Assembly: GCF_002571385.2 (NCBI RefSeq)
Contig: NW_019217956.1
Coordinates: 99,812-163,811, forward strand
Length of the DNA: 64,000 bases
From: Stylophora pistillata
Taxonomy: Eukaryota
Direction of reading: 5' to 3'
Positions 23,501 through 36,900 of the stretch are shown piece by piece. How positions within the stretch are numbered: the first letter of the stretch is position 1; each line of letters begins with the position of its first letter. Made by a program: the position numbers and the translations under genes. A model generated the notes under the pieces. It ran no database searches and had not been told where the DNA came from. It was given only the letters and a program-made list of their open reading frames with translations.

Positions 23501-25499
23501 TCATTTGACTCACAAAAGCAACCCGTTCGGTTATGGTTAGTGATCACGTAGAGTTATGTTATGAGGGCGGAAGAGGGTCTTTTGTTCTCCGTCCGTAAAT
23601 CGTGTGGTGAACGGCGTGTCTTGATAGCACACCGACAGATGGCAAGAAGATATATTTTCACTACATTTTATGCATGTATCTTCGCAGGAGAATTGAGAAG
23701 AGTTGAGCCGTAGAGTTTGGATTTTGTAGAAGTATTGACCCGTACCAGACATCAAGTGAGTAGCCTTGAACTGCCACCCCCGCTAGCATGACTGTAGCCT
23801 GATCCAACGGGTTTGAATGAAAACTGGATTACCGAAGTAAGAAGTGTACTCGATTTAAAACGTTGAAGGGTTATCAGCCACGAGGAATGTGGTCAGCTGG
23901 ATTTTAGTGTAATGCGCTGTGTTTGGAAAAGAAACAGCTGCCATATTGCTGTTAGTCAAACTTTTTTGGATCAGACATGAATTATCTGTCATGTCATTCA
24001 AGTGCGTACGTGACGCAATAGGCTTATGAATATAGCGAAGCTCTTTGCTGTGTAACTGCCGATACAATTTTCGAAAGCGAATTTTACACGAAGGTAAAAC
24101 AAAGAGAAGGCCAAATTGAATTATGAGCCTTTAGCTTTGTTCTTGTTCTTGAAAAGTTTAGCCACGACGTCGAACTAAGAACTCCTCGGCAACTAATCTT
24201 AGGGAAAGTGGTAACTCACACGGGAAGAGGTAAGCCTACTGAAAGTTTTTTACAATAAAATCACCACTTGCGGTTTATTATGGTATCCACTTTATTTCGG
24301 AAAACCTGTAATTATTACTTCGGTGTGGGAAATAATGGATTCTATTGATAAATATTCAGGCGCATAGGCCCCAGAAAAAAACTGAAGGTACGAAGCTCCA
24401 GAAGCGATTTTTATTTTTATTTCATGATTGTGTGGGTTCATTTTCGAAGTGTCATGGAAGATGTCAAGTTGAAATTGAATTTTTATGATCTATTGCGTAG
24501 TTTCATCGCTTAATCGTGAACAATGCATGATGTCACCGTTCATTTCACCCACTGAATGGGCGGCAAAAAGGTCTAAATGCAAATGATATAGCACTCGTGT
24601 GTTAACTTTTCCCACCAATGGAACATGGCGTTTACTGAAGTGTCTCACTTGTTAACATACCAAAATGCATACGAAGAACTAATGAGCTTCTAGTCGAAAA
24701 ACGAGACGAATCGTCTACCATCTCGAGTATTGAATATTCTATCCAACCTTAGCAAGTTTTAATCGCCTGGAGGACTGTATTCATCGATGTTATCTCGGTA
24801 TATCCAAGAAGTCTTCATTTCGCTTCATTTTGGCCAAACACTTTGCAAGTGTGTCGTTGAGAATTCATTGACGTAACACAGCGCGTGAAAAGTCGAAGTG
24901 CTCGATTGCTTTGATTAAGGATTGCATTTACAGTGTCGTGGTGAGTTTTAAATTTTACTCTGAACCATAGCGATTTATTTTGTCCGTATATGGATTCCGT
25001 TTGTGTCGATCGATTGAAGTAATCATTCCTTATTGCTTAGATACATTCCTTTATATGATTAACGGCCGATGCGTCCTAACAATCTTGACAGTTTCGGGGC
25101 TTATTTCAACAAGAAGGCGAAACTTTTAACATAATACATGATAATCCGGGAGTCAAGAAAGCTTTGTAGTTAAAATGACTTCGAGGTATTAGATTTCAAT
25201 GAAATAGTATCTTTTGTTCAAAGTTTTAGCGACAGTTACTGCGTCGTACGTAAGGTTTCCTTTAGGTCAACAGTGTTTTGCGTGGAAACGGCCCAGTTGT
25301 ATCAGTAACGTCAAACTTAACGCGGAATTATTTTATCTACAAACAATGTGGTTTGTCTTCTGAAACCTGAGTTCGATATCGCACCGTGCATCAAACCTTG
25401 TAAGGTTCACTACAATGACCTACTCATGTATCCAATGTAGCCGTTGTGTTGGTTCTCATACCTATATTGTCTGATCAATTTACAGCCCAACTAAAAGAA

Positions 25500-27588
25500 A
25501 TGAAGCAACGGAACGAGCTGTATGTGCTATTTCTGTGTTGTTCTGCAATATTATCTGGTCGGACTGTGGTGGCGTCCAACGGAGAACCGCATTCAAGAAC
25601 ACAGTTCGAAGGTAGGTTCCCCAACTCGTGCACACACGACCTGTTCACGTACGAACTGACATTACACTTGTGAATTATCGAATTGAAATCAAGCTAGCGC
25701 AAGATTCTGTCTTCGTGTATGGAGACATCTCCGACCGTTTTCATCTATTTTGGTGTTATATTGTTAGTGTTTTCACTGATGATTGAAGAAGGCCGCTTAA
25801 GAGGGTTGTTTTGGAAACTTCATAGGCTCTTGAACAGTGTATTTCAGTAATAAACCATTCCAACTGGAGGGGATCTAAAAATTAACTCAAAGTTATTCTA
25901 AATCAGTTTGATGATATTGAAATTCCGCGACGTAAAACAAGTCTTTGCTCGGTCTTTGCATTACTACAAAATTAATTCGCACAAAAATCAATATGGCGTT
26001 TCAAAACTGAGCAACGTTAATTATGTTTTGGTTAATAAATATATTATGCGTCGGGAAGTAGGTGAATATAAAACTTAGCTGATAAAGTTTACCAATAGCT
26101 ATCAGATATTGCAACCCATTACTGTTCGAAACAGCTGCACGAAAGGGAAAAAGACGGCATGCCCGTACATCTTTTGAAAGGATCAGTGCTATTTTCTTTA
26201 AAAATCATTTGAGAATTTAAAACATCATGTAGTATACCATTGATTAAAAGCAGTAGAGGCAAATGCAAATGTATTGTATGCCTTGTGAGTGGCGGTAAGA
26301 CATCTTTTGTTTCGAGTTGAATGAAAAGTTTGAGAACTTCAACTTATGCTATGCAATTTAAGATGGAATCAGGCCGTGAATGCTTTCGTTGAGTGCGCGA
26401 TTTTTCCCCCGTGAAGGTGCAACGCTGTTGTTGTTGCACTGGAGTGAAATTTTAGACGAAGAAGCCTCGGAGCTTGTAGTCTGTTTTCAATTAGCTTTTC
26501 ATCGGCATTTCATTAGCAAAGGTTGTAAAGTAAACAAAGGAGGCTAAACAAAAATTACGTTGCAACCAACGCGGACGGCTTTCCATATTTTATGAGTTCG
26601 TTTACTTGATCAGAATTTTTCTCTGCTTTGATAGGAATGAAATTTAGCAACAATCAATATGTAATGAGCAATTGCATGTTTCAATGCACTTGTTTTATTG
26701 GATAGGTTAAAATAACACAGTTTAACGCCATGCGTTGTGTTTCGATGTTGATAAAACAGACTGTGTACATGTGTATTTTTAGATGAGAAGGGTCAGTTTT
26801 CTGATGAAACTGCGTGCATTCCCATGGAACGGGGAACATGAATAACTAGAGGTTGGGGTTATTCATAGGCGAGCCATTTCATAACATACTGTGTCTCCTT
26901 CCATATCCTAAAGAATAATAGAAGAGGTACTCACAGCAAGAAAATCTGGGAACTTATTAGCAAACTTTTTTTTTTGACAAATTCCAACAAACATGTTTTG
27001 AAATAACAACCATCGTACCAATAGTTCTGTACTTTGAACTGTGCTTTAAAATTGGAAACAACTGAAGTGTTGTTTACTACTTCAGCCTTGCACCAATCTG
27101 GTGCCTTTATTTTGTGTAATTGCATGGTTTGTACTTAATGGTTGGTTTTGGTTATTGACTTGTGCACAATGAAGGCTTTGTTTGATATTGGGTAAGGAGT
27201 GTTTGTTGCATATAAAAGTTTGCCATGACCCTCTCAACGGTCGAATTGTAACAGTAAAACCTCGACAAACAGCTATTATGAACAAGCTCTTTTCTAGAAC
27301 ATAGAATTTGCTTGTCATTGAAATCATGTTGAATAAAAACAGGAGATATGGTCAAATTTGTCTGTTAAGCTGCAGGCAAAATAAAGAACCACAAAGGCCA
27401 AGGTATATTGGGAGTTCAAACTACCTCTCTGGTTGTTGATTAAAGAGCCTCTTGAGACGATACACAAGAATATAATAACTTAAGGTTGATTCAGTGTGTT
27501 GAATATCATTGAATGAAGTTTTTTTCCAATCTTTATGTAGAATGACTAGGACGACTAAAACATGATTAAGGGATCAATAAAGGACATG

Positions 27589-27620
<32 letters not shown>

Positions 27621-30600
27621 ATTGAATTTCTTTGTTGTATTGGTCTTGGATTTTGGCAGACAATAAGCTTGCCACTTACCAATTTGGTGCATGGCTGTCA
27701 AATATTGATAAATGTTCTGCTAAATAAATAGGCTTCTTCCAGATATAATGAGAATAATTTCCACTCATTCTGATTTCATGGTCTAGTAATTGAAAAAATT
27801 GCTTTTTACCTCCAGGCAAAACTAATCAATGTTTATCTGATTATATTCTTTTACTCTGACTCGCCTTTAGATATACTTGCATAGGTTCTAGCTATTTGAT
27901 TAAATGAAAATTTCCTGGGAAATGTCTTGATTTAAGAGACCACAGTGTTTGACTTTTTGAAATAAAGAATTTGGACTCACCAATAGCTGTGTCCTTGTGG
28001 AAGGGGGTGCAGGCACTCATAAACATATATAAATGTCAGGGAAGATTGGAGAAATTTGAAATGTCAAGTATTTTTAATGCACCAGACTGTCATTTTATTG
28101 ACATTTGAAAATGAAATGTGTATTTTTCCTATAAGAGGTACTGTTCCTGTGTTACAACAGTCAATCCTTTTTTGAGTCATTAAGCATGAGACCCATGCAT
28201 CTGTTTCCCTGGCACAGGGTCTGGTAAATTATGCAATAATATGAACCTTAATGATTTTAGTCTGTAGGGGTGTCCATGATACACATCACTGCATGGCTAC
28301 TTAATTATTTAAATCAAATGTTTTGAGTCTTTTCTCATGCTAGTTCTGTCTATGTTATTATGAAAGATTGCCAAAAGGAACTTTCTTCTGAAATGTGGGA
28401 AATAATAAGACAAAATTGGAGTTTGTTGAATTCTTTCTCCCTCAGAAGTGATGAAAAAGAAATTTTTCCCAATGATATTAACAGATTTTCATGCAAAGGG
28501 GTAACAAAGAAGTAGGAAAAATATAAATTTGGGAGCAGTGTTTGGTTGAACATGAATTTCTTAGAGTTAGTATAAGAAGAAATGGGTAACAGACAGCAAA
28601 GAGAATTAATCTTCAGATCAGTTGGTCAGGGATATTTAGGTTTCGAAACTGCGATTAAATTTACTGAATATAAGAGTATAGCAACCCCATATCTCCCGAA
28701 CATTTTCAAATTTCAAGTAGAAACATCCAGGCTGTAAATGTGGAAACAGGGTTGAATACAGTAAAGATATCCATTCACTAACATTTTGTACTTTGTTATG
28801 AAATCTCATTCCAGTATGGATTAGGAGTACACACTCCTTTGCGAAACATATATAGATGTATACCTGTGTCTAAGTGGTTTGCCAGATGGCCAAGAGGCCA
28901 TGCAAATGTATCACTAACTGTAAAAGCTGATTATCACCAGGTGGCTCTTATTAAATATCATTTTAATGCATCCTGATTCCTTGATACTGAACTGGTATTT
29001 TACTCATTCATAAGAGGAAAAGACCTGAAGTATGTTTCAATGAACTCCCTCTTAATTTAAGAAGAAACTTTGATACTTTGTTCAACAAAAGGGAAACACA
29101 TTTCAAAAGTCTTGAAGCTATAATGTTTGATAATTTGTTATCCTGTATTGCAAAGGTAATTAGGGCTAAATTTAGGAATTCAGTTACATCGAATTGACAG
29201 ATTGGCGTTATTATATATCAGGAAAATTAGTACAAAGATATGTTCACGCTAACAAGCACTAAAATGTGTTCCTCATTTGGTTTTGATTCTTTCTATATAC
29301 CAGACAAATTTTGTGATTTGTAAACTAACAACGATCACTGTTGTCTTAACATTTAACACATTCTACAAATTAGGACTCTTTTGTTTGGGTGAAGTTATTT
29401 TAAGGGAAATACAATTAAAGTAATCTATTAACTATATTTCTTAATTAGAATTGTTTGTGCCACCAGTGAAATATGAATCATTTAATTTTTCTTTTTTTCT
29501 TTCATGTTAAATGAAATAGGACAGGAGCTAATTGTATTTGTATTAGTACCATTCTTCATCTTAAAGCCTTGGCAGATTATCATAGTGATAAGACAAGACT
29601 CCTTAGTCCTCCTCTTTTAGCCAACAGCATTGAACTGGAACAGTCGCATTTTTCAGTCTGTGGCAAAAGTACTTAGTGACAAGAAATCCATTAATGCATG
29701 CCTAACAGGAGTCAAATCTATGAGATTGATACAAGTTACTTTTCATGTAATTTCTCAATGCCATCATCGTAAAAATAGCTATGGAATGTTGAAATTGGCA
29801 GAAATTTATCTCCAGTATGTGAAGTCCCCCTCCTTACCAGTTTTGGTGATGAATGAATTATTGATGAAAGAAGGAATGTCGTCCTGGCCCCTTAATCAAC
29901 AAGCTTTTCTTAAATCTTGACTCTTAATATATGAAGTAGGATTAAACATAAATTATCAGATCTCATTTTTCCTAGAATTTAAAACCATTAAAAGCTGATA
30001 ACCAATTTCCTAGTTACGGCTTAAAAGTTTGATTATAGCAGATACCCTCCCTTAGGTAATAGTTTATCTAAAGTACATAAATTATTTCTGGTGTGAATTT
30101 TGATTTAAAACGGATATTCTGAGTTTGTGTACATAGTTCTAAAAATAATGAGGCCATTGTTGACAGCTTATAGTACAGTATATATTAAACAGAATTTTTC
30201 ACCTAATTTACTTGGCATTTTCCACACATGACTCAGCCATTAAAAAAATAAATTTATCTCACCATTTCAAGGTATAATCAGGATTTTCGTCAACCAATGC
30301 AGTAGAAGAGTGTAGATTTACAGGATAATACTCTTTACATCTGAATACCAGACAGTGTCAGCATGCATGCAATTGCATTTTTTCCCAGAGCATACTGCAA
30401 CCTCTCAAGTCCAATGAAATACCTGTATGTTCTAGTAAAAAGGTCATGAGAATAGACAAGATCAACAGCTGGCAGTTTTTGTACTGAAATGGCACTATTT
30501 CACCCTTTCGCTCCCAAGATCTTAATATCAATAATAATAATAATAATAATAATAATAACTTTCATTTATATAGTGCTCATATCCTGAGCTCAGGGCACTT

Positions 30601-30869
30601 TACAACACTGTGCAGGGGACTTTACCAGACTGCTAAGCAGTTTACAATCAAATAAAGGCGAATCTAACAGATGCCCCCTTCCCCCAATTCTCAGTAAACA
30701 GGCCAGACCACATCACAGTAATCTCATGAGTGGGTTCTTTAACGTCTCCTGCCCAACCAAATTAACTAATTAATAGATGCAGGAAACAGGACCTCCAGTT
30801 AATTTATCCTTATCCGAGAAAACTGGAATTTCTATCCATTTCTTGATGTTATAGAAAGGTAGCACATTT

Positions 30870-30905
<36 letters not shown>

Positions 30906-33900
30906 CCCTGGCTGGATACTGGTCTAGATACTGGTCTCGATCACAATTCTCATGACCGTCTGCTGTACAATTTTTATGATCCTAATACTGAGAAGTTAGT
31001 GTTGAATCAAGCACTATACCAGAAATTAAAAGTTTTTCCTTCCCATTTCCTTTTGGGAGTAGGAGGGTGGAAGCTTTTTTGACTAACTTGAGAGAAAATG
31101 TATGTTTGACCCATAGCAACCAAAACATCTACTGACCAGTCACATCTTGGAAGTTAAAGGGTGAAGATGCAAAACACTGAACTCATTATGATTGCTTGCA
31201 ATCTTCTGTATAGCAAGGAACTAAAGTTATGTCAATTTATTCTGTTATTTTCCTAGAAGTCAAGTTTCACCTGGAGACACTAAAAACAGGAGGAATAAAA
31301 AGTGGCAACTACTCAGTGCTGTCAGTTGACAGCGAGAATGATCACCTCCTTGTAGGAGCAAAGTGAGTTATTAAGCTGTGAATTCTTTTCAATGCCACAA
31401 TTTGCTTACCATGTGGGATTTATTTTCTTCTGAATAGTCCATTTTACTGTTGGGTGCTTGGTTGCCAAGCATTCGAACAGGAGTGAGGGGAGGAGTTGAC
31501 CTTGTAGAGATAGAAATCATACTAACTCGATACTGGTCTCCATCGCAATGAAGTCACCTTCAGCCACACTCCAAACCAAAGGCTTTTGCAGCTTAGTACA
31601 TAACTGTAGAATGGCCTATCAATTTTTAGTAGTTTATTTTTAAACATGCAACATCATGCAAAGAAGGGTATATTTATTTAATATCATGTTTTGCAGAGAC
31701 AATGCATTCCTTGTGGAATTGGAAAACATGGATCGTTTTAGAGTAAGTTCAAATTAATTTGTTGGTATATTTGAATAGGGATTGTTCCTACTTTATTTAT
31801 TTATTTATTTATTTTTTTAAATTTGCTTTGTTTTCAAGGAGTTATTCTGACATGATCTGTTTGTCTCTTATAGTCTTGGAATTTGAGCAGCTCAAGCCAT
31901 GCTATGGCATGTGATAGAAGACAGGTGAATTTGACAACTGTTAATTATATTCTCAGCTTCAACCGATCAATTTTTCTACAATGCATACACATTTTGTGAG
32001 CTTCACAATGAGTTTGCCTTTAAGTTAACTCTACCTCTTTTCCATTAAGATTTGATGCAAATTACAATTGCAAAGAGGGTGAATCTTAGAATTCTGAAAG
32101 ACTGAGTAGAAGAAGGAATAGAAAGGAGGATGTCTTGCAGTGAAAGCACAAAATGTAGGCAGTGCCTGCCTCCTCCTCCATACTCCTCAAAACACTTACA
32201 AGTACAACATTCCAAAACTCAAAATGTGCTTTGGTCTGAAATTTCTTTGTGAAACCTCCCTAAAGAGACCATTATGGGAAATCTTCATTGTATGAGAGAT
32301 AGACGACAAGCTTTCATTTGTGTTTCATCGGAGTCTTTTTCTTTCCCCACCCATCCACTGCCCCACCCCTTCCCTGTAATTGCCCACCCCTCCCCAACCC
32401 CAAGCTAATTAGTCAGTGTTGTACAACCATCTCAGATTGTTTTGTCTGATGAATGATTACTTTCAAGTCTTGTCTATTACATCTTGATTGCAGAACCCCT
32501 CCTGCTCTGAGTATGTAAAGTTAATGCTGTTATTTGAGGAGAGGATCTTTATCTGTCTGACAAGAGGTTGCAGCTGGAGAAATGTAATTAATTTTTTTGC
32601 CATCTGATTGAATGCAGATATAAAAACAAACTTCAGAGAGTTTTTGTGTGCAAAAGGTTCTCAGTTTCCTGGAAAGCATGAAATCAATGCCAATCAAGAC
32701 TGCTGTAGTGATGCTTCGAATTGACCTAAAAAAGTTGAATTGGAGGTCTTAACCCATTAATGGCCGCAGCTTTTGGGGAAAACTGTGTTTTGAAGCTAGT
32801 CGGGCAGATTTCGGGTCACTGTTGTGGTTTTAAAAGCTCAAACTTACCAAAAACCACTTGACAGCTCGTGCACTCGACGGCCTTTCGATCCAAATGCAAA
32901 ATGGCNNNNNNNNNNNNNNNNNNNNAATAGCAAGTCAACAATTAAAGACAAAGCTTTAAAAAAATTAAGGAGTTTTCATAAAGTATGAATATAACATGGA
33001 TGAGAGGTGTCTCCCATGAAGTAAGAACAAAACGGATGTCTCACTATTGGGAGGTGAAGACTAATGTTGTACTAACTGAGCCTGATGGCCGTACTGGGGA
33101 ATATTGACCTGAGGTTGTGGTAGCACAGACTGAGAGCAATAAACCCCAGTATGGCTCAAGCAAGGAAAGTAAGCAAGTAGTTTATTATCTGGTGCTTGGA
33201 CCAAACTTGTGTATTTTGAATTTGCTGGCTTCTGCTACTCAAAATACACAGTGTATGACTGCTGTCTTAGTTTATATGGCTAAATACTGACCAATATGGT
33301 GCAATAAGAACCAATCAGAAAGCTTGAATTTACCTCTGGATGTTCTGCCCTTATGGTAGAAACATGCTCATTTAAATGGCATTTTTAATTTTTTTTTTAA
33401 CAATTTTTCTGCAATAAATCACTCATTGGTCTCTCTGTTGCTTTCAGAGGACAAATTTGAATGCAGCTCCAGGCAGAGATAAGGAGTTTGCATCTGATGA
33501 AGGTTATTTTTGCAGAGGGGATCAAAATGACTCTGCTGTTATAACAGGTTTGTGTGAAGATCACTATGAGTATTTAGGAAGGACACTATTACTGACACCA
33601 GCTTTATCATGCTGAATGCCCATTACTCATTACAGATAATGAAAAATCCTCTGGAAGTTTAATGCTTTCTGGACATGCTAATCAAGGGTGCATACAAGAA
33701 AGGATATGATTAATTATGAAAAAAAATTTTAGTTTTGTTTCATTATGTCTGATGTATCAACAACAGGTACGGTGACCATTGCAGGAAATGGACCTTAGTA
33801 AAGGTTCTATCTAGCCTGGAATTTGTGACTTGCTGTACAAAACTAATCTCTGGTTCTTTCATTTTCCCTTCTCCTCAATAACACTTCCTGTGTGACTGAT

Positions 33901-36900
33901 ACTGGTGACTATGTCTCAAAAGAGTTACTGTTAATGCTTTACACCCTAACATCTGTGGGCATCTTCAAACTGTTCTCCATACGTTTTACTAGGTGTTGAT
34001 AAGGAGAATCTGTTTAATAATCAAGAACTTTAGTAGGTGATCATTTCCTTTATTCTCCTGACCTTCATGTGTGATTTGAGGTGATATTGCAAGGAGAAAT
34101 TTGATGCTAATCACTCTTATGGGCCAATGGGTTAAGTAATGTTATACAATGATTCTGTATTGGGAACAACTCTAAGGGATACATGGGAGTTGTGGATCAT
34201 TTGAGGTTGGGTAGTAAAAAATGGGTGATACCAAACTTTAAAGGGTTCTGCTCTGTTTCATTTTCACAGAACATGGGAGAGTCTTCAAAGGAACGATAAA
34301 TCCTTCATCAAGATCATTCTATATCCATAGTCAAAGTTTTAAGCAGCCTGGAATTAGTGAAGTGTTCACTGATTTTTTAGCTGAAAGTGACTTTTTCTCT
34401 GGTAAGTTTGAAAAAATACTCCAGGCTTGATTTCTGCCACTCTCTTGGTCCAGTCTTTTTTGCTCCTCCCCTCACAGTGAGGAGGAGCGCAGGCTCCAGT
34501 TCCTGAACAGTGGCTGGTAACTGAGTCCATAAATATTCAGGTGTGAGTGATTGGTGTTATTTCATAATGCCAAGAGTTGGTGCAAACGAAGGGGTTGTAG
34601 CAAATGCAGATACCTTTGTTTACATTTGCATGCCCACCACGATTTGTTGAAGTCCACTCTAATGCATATATTCAAAAGATACTCAGTGTTGTGGCAGTGT
34701 AATCTGGTTAACTCTTAAAGATCCAAAGATCCCACAGTTAATTCTCCTCTCTAGCTGCTACACATTTCCTTATAAATTTATCACAAGAATTTGGTGTTAG
34801 ATCAAGATAGCAACTTCTTTCTGGTAAGTTTGAGTATTCTCGTTATCTGTATGGTGAATGGTGTATGGATATTATTGGGAGAAGTTACATTTTAATCACA
34901 TTTGGGAGGTAAAGGGTCAAGTGTTCATTGCACAATGTGTGCTTTCAATAGCTTAATTGGCCCATAATGTGATACACAACAACTTGCATAGCCAGAGGTA
35001 ATTGTTCTTTAAAACTTTCTATGACCTTTCTATTTTTTGATTTTTTTTCTTTTAGATGTGCATTTTGTGAAAAGTTTCAGCATTGGGAATTATGTGTACT
35101 TCTTTTTTCGTGAGCGGACATTGGAATGCACAAGCTGTGGAAAGTATAAAGTCTCCAGGGTAGCAAGGATCTGTAAGGTACAAAAAAGCACTTTTTTTTT
35201 TTTCGGTAATCGTAATCACTGATGTACCTGTAACTACCTGTTTCCAAGTAACTGTGAAACCAAATCTACCTGATAAATTGCTGTAATAGGACATCTAATC
35301 AATTGAATAATGGCAGATAAATAACACATAACACTGATTAGATATTACGATGTCACCAGTACTGCCCTGTCTGAGCTTTTATCAAAAATATTTTTGGAAA
35401 AATAACTGTCTCTTGTCCATTTGTGCAAGCTTAAACAGAGCTGGTGTAAGGCCCTGCAAGATGTAAGACAATACAAATGCAAGAGTAAAGGAACAAATAG
35501 AACTAGCAGTGGTCATATCATAACATGCTTCTTTAGGAGTTGGGGCAGGCCTGACTACAGGTCATCATCAAGAGCCGAGTGTTCTCCCTTCTTTCCAAAC
35601 CTTACTCAGTCGTTAAGTATGTTTTATTGATGTTTGTTGTTTTGTCGAAATTCTCTCTCTCTCTCTTTCTCTCTTTATCAGGGTGACTATGCTGGTCTGG
35701 CAAAGCTCAGAAGCAATTTTTTGACTTACCAGAAGGCCAAACTTATTTGTACTGATGGAGGAGAATATCCAGTTTATTTCCATGAAATTCGTAAGTAACC
35801 TTGTGTATCTTAATTATTGCAAACTATTATATGATTACAAGAAGGAAAGTTGATGTTAAAGTAGCCATGGGGTGATATCTATGTGCCGTTTAGATTCACT
35901 TAACACTTTGCATCAGTATGCATATTCTCGATAATGGTCTCTATACATTTCCTAAGGTACTGACAAGGAGAATTTGTTTAACAATCAAGAGCTTCTTTAG
36001 TTGGTGATCATTTCCTTTATTCTCCTGACCTTAATGTGTGATTCAGGGTGATATTGTAAGGAGAAATTAGATGTTGGTCACTCTTATGGGACAAAAGGAG
36101 AAAATACAATATATTTATTTGACTTGTGAGAAAGTAATCATGTATGGCCTTACCTATGGTGTAACTGACTTTGCCATATTATTTCATTGGCAGAGGACGT
36201 TTGGTGGGATCCAGAAACAAACCTGTTTCATGCAATTTTCACCTCTCATCCGTGAGTATTGAATAGGCTCCATTCTGCTCTTGCAAATCTAGAGCTTGTA
36301 ATCATCCAAATAATGAGACTACCCTTTCATTAAGAAGAAGGCAAAACAAAATAACAAAAACATTTGAAGGAAATAAATACCTTAATTACTGCAAGCTAGC
36401 TTATTTGCTTTCTAGTAATACCCATTGAAATGTTGTTTGACTTCCTTCTCCAGCAATGGCCCGCCGTCATCAGCAGTATGTGTGTACAATTTGACAGATG
36501 TCAATAATGTTTTCGACACGAGTCCTTTCAAGAGTAGAGAGGCAGGAAATGGAAAATGGGTGNTTACGGCGGCCAATTTTCATTATCAACTCAGTTTATA
36601 ACCTCTTCGACGCAGCACCACGGTTTCTTCAGAAACTTATTCCCTTTGTTCACTACGAACTGAGATAACAATAATTCTAATGCCTTGAAACAAACTGATT
36701 ATCTCTGAACACGCGCGCACATGAGTGCTCCCGAATTAAAACTTATCGCTAAATGAGACGTACCGTCGTTGTCGCCAACTCCCCGCGCGCGCGGATATTC
36801 ATTTTTATATCCATAGACATGAAACTCATAAAAAAGGAATATTCGTTCAGGTTCCCAGCAGTACGATGGAAATAGAATGCATTCATTTATTGTTACTCTG

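Noticed and set aside
36562-36570. Apparent insertion disrupting a semaphorin exon
   Set aside because: The break coincides with an assembly N at 36563. The exon end is most likely missing in the gap, so the gene is not called a pseudogene.
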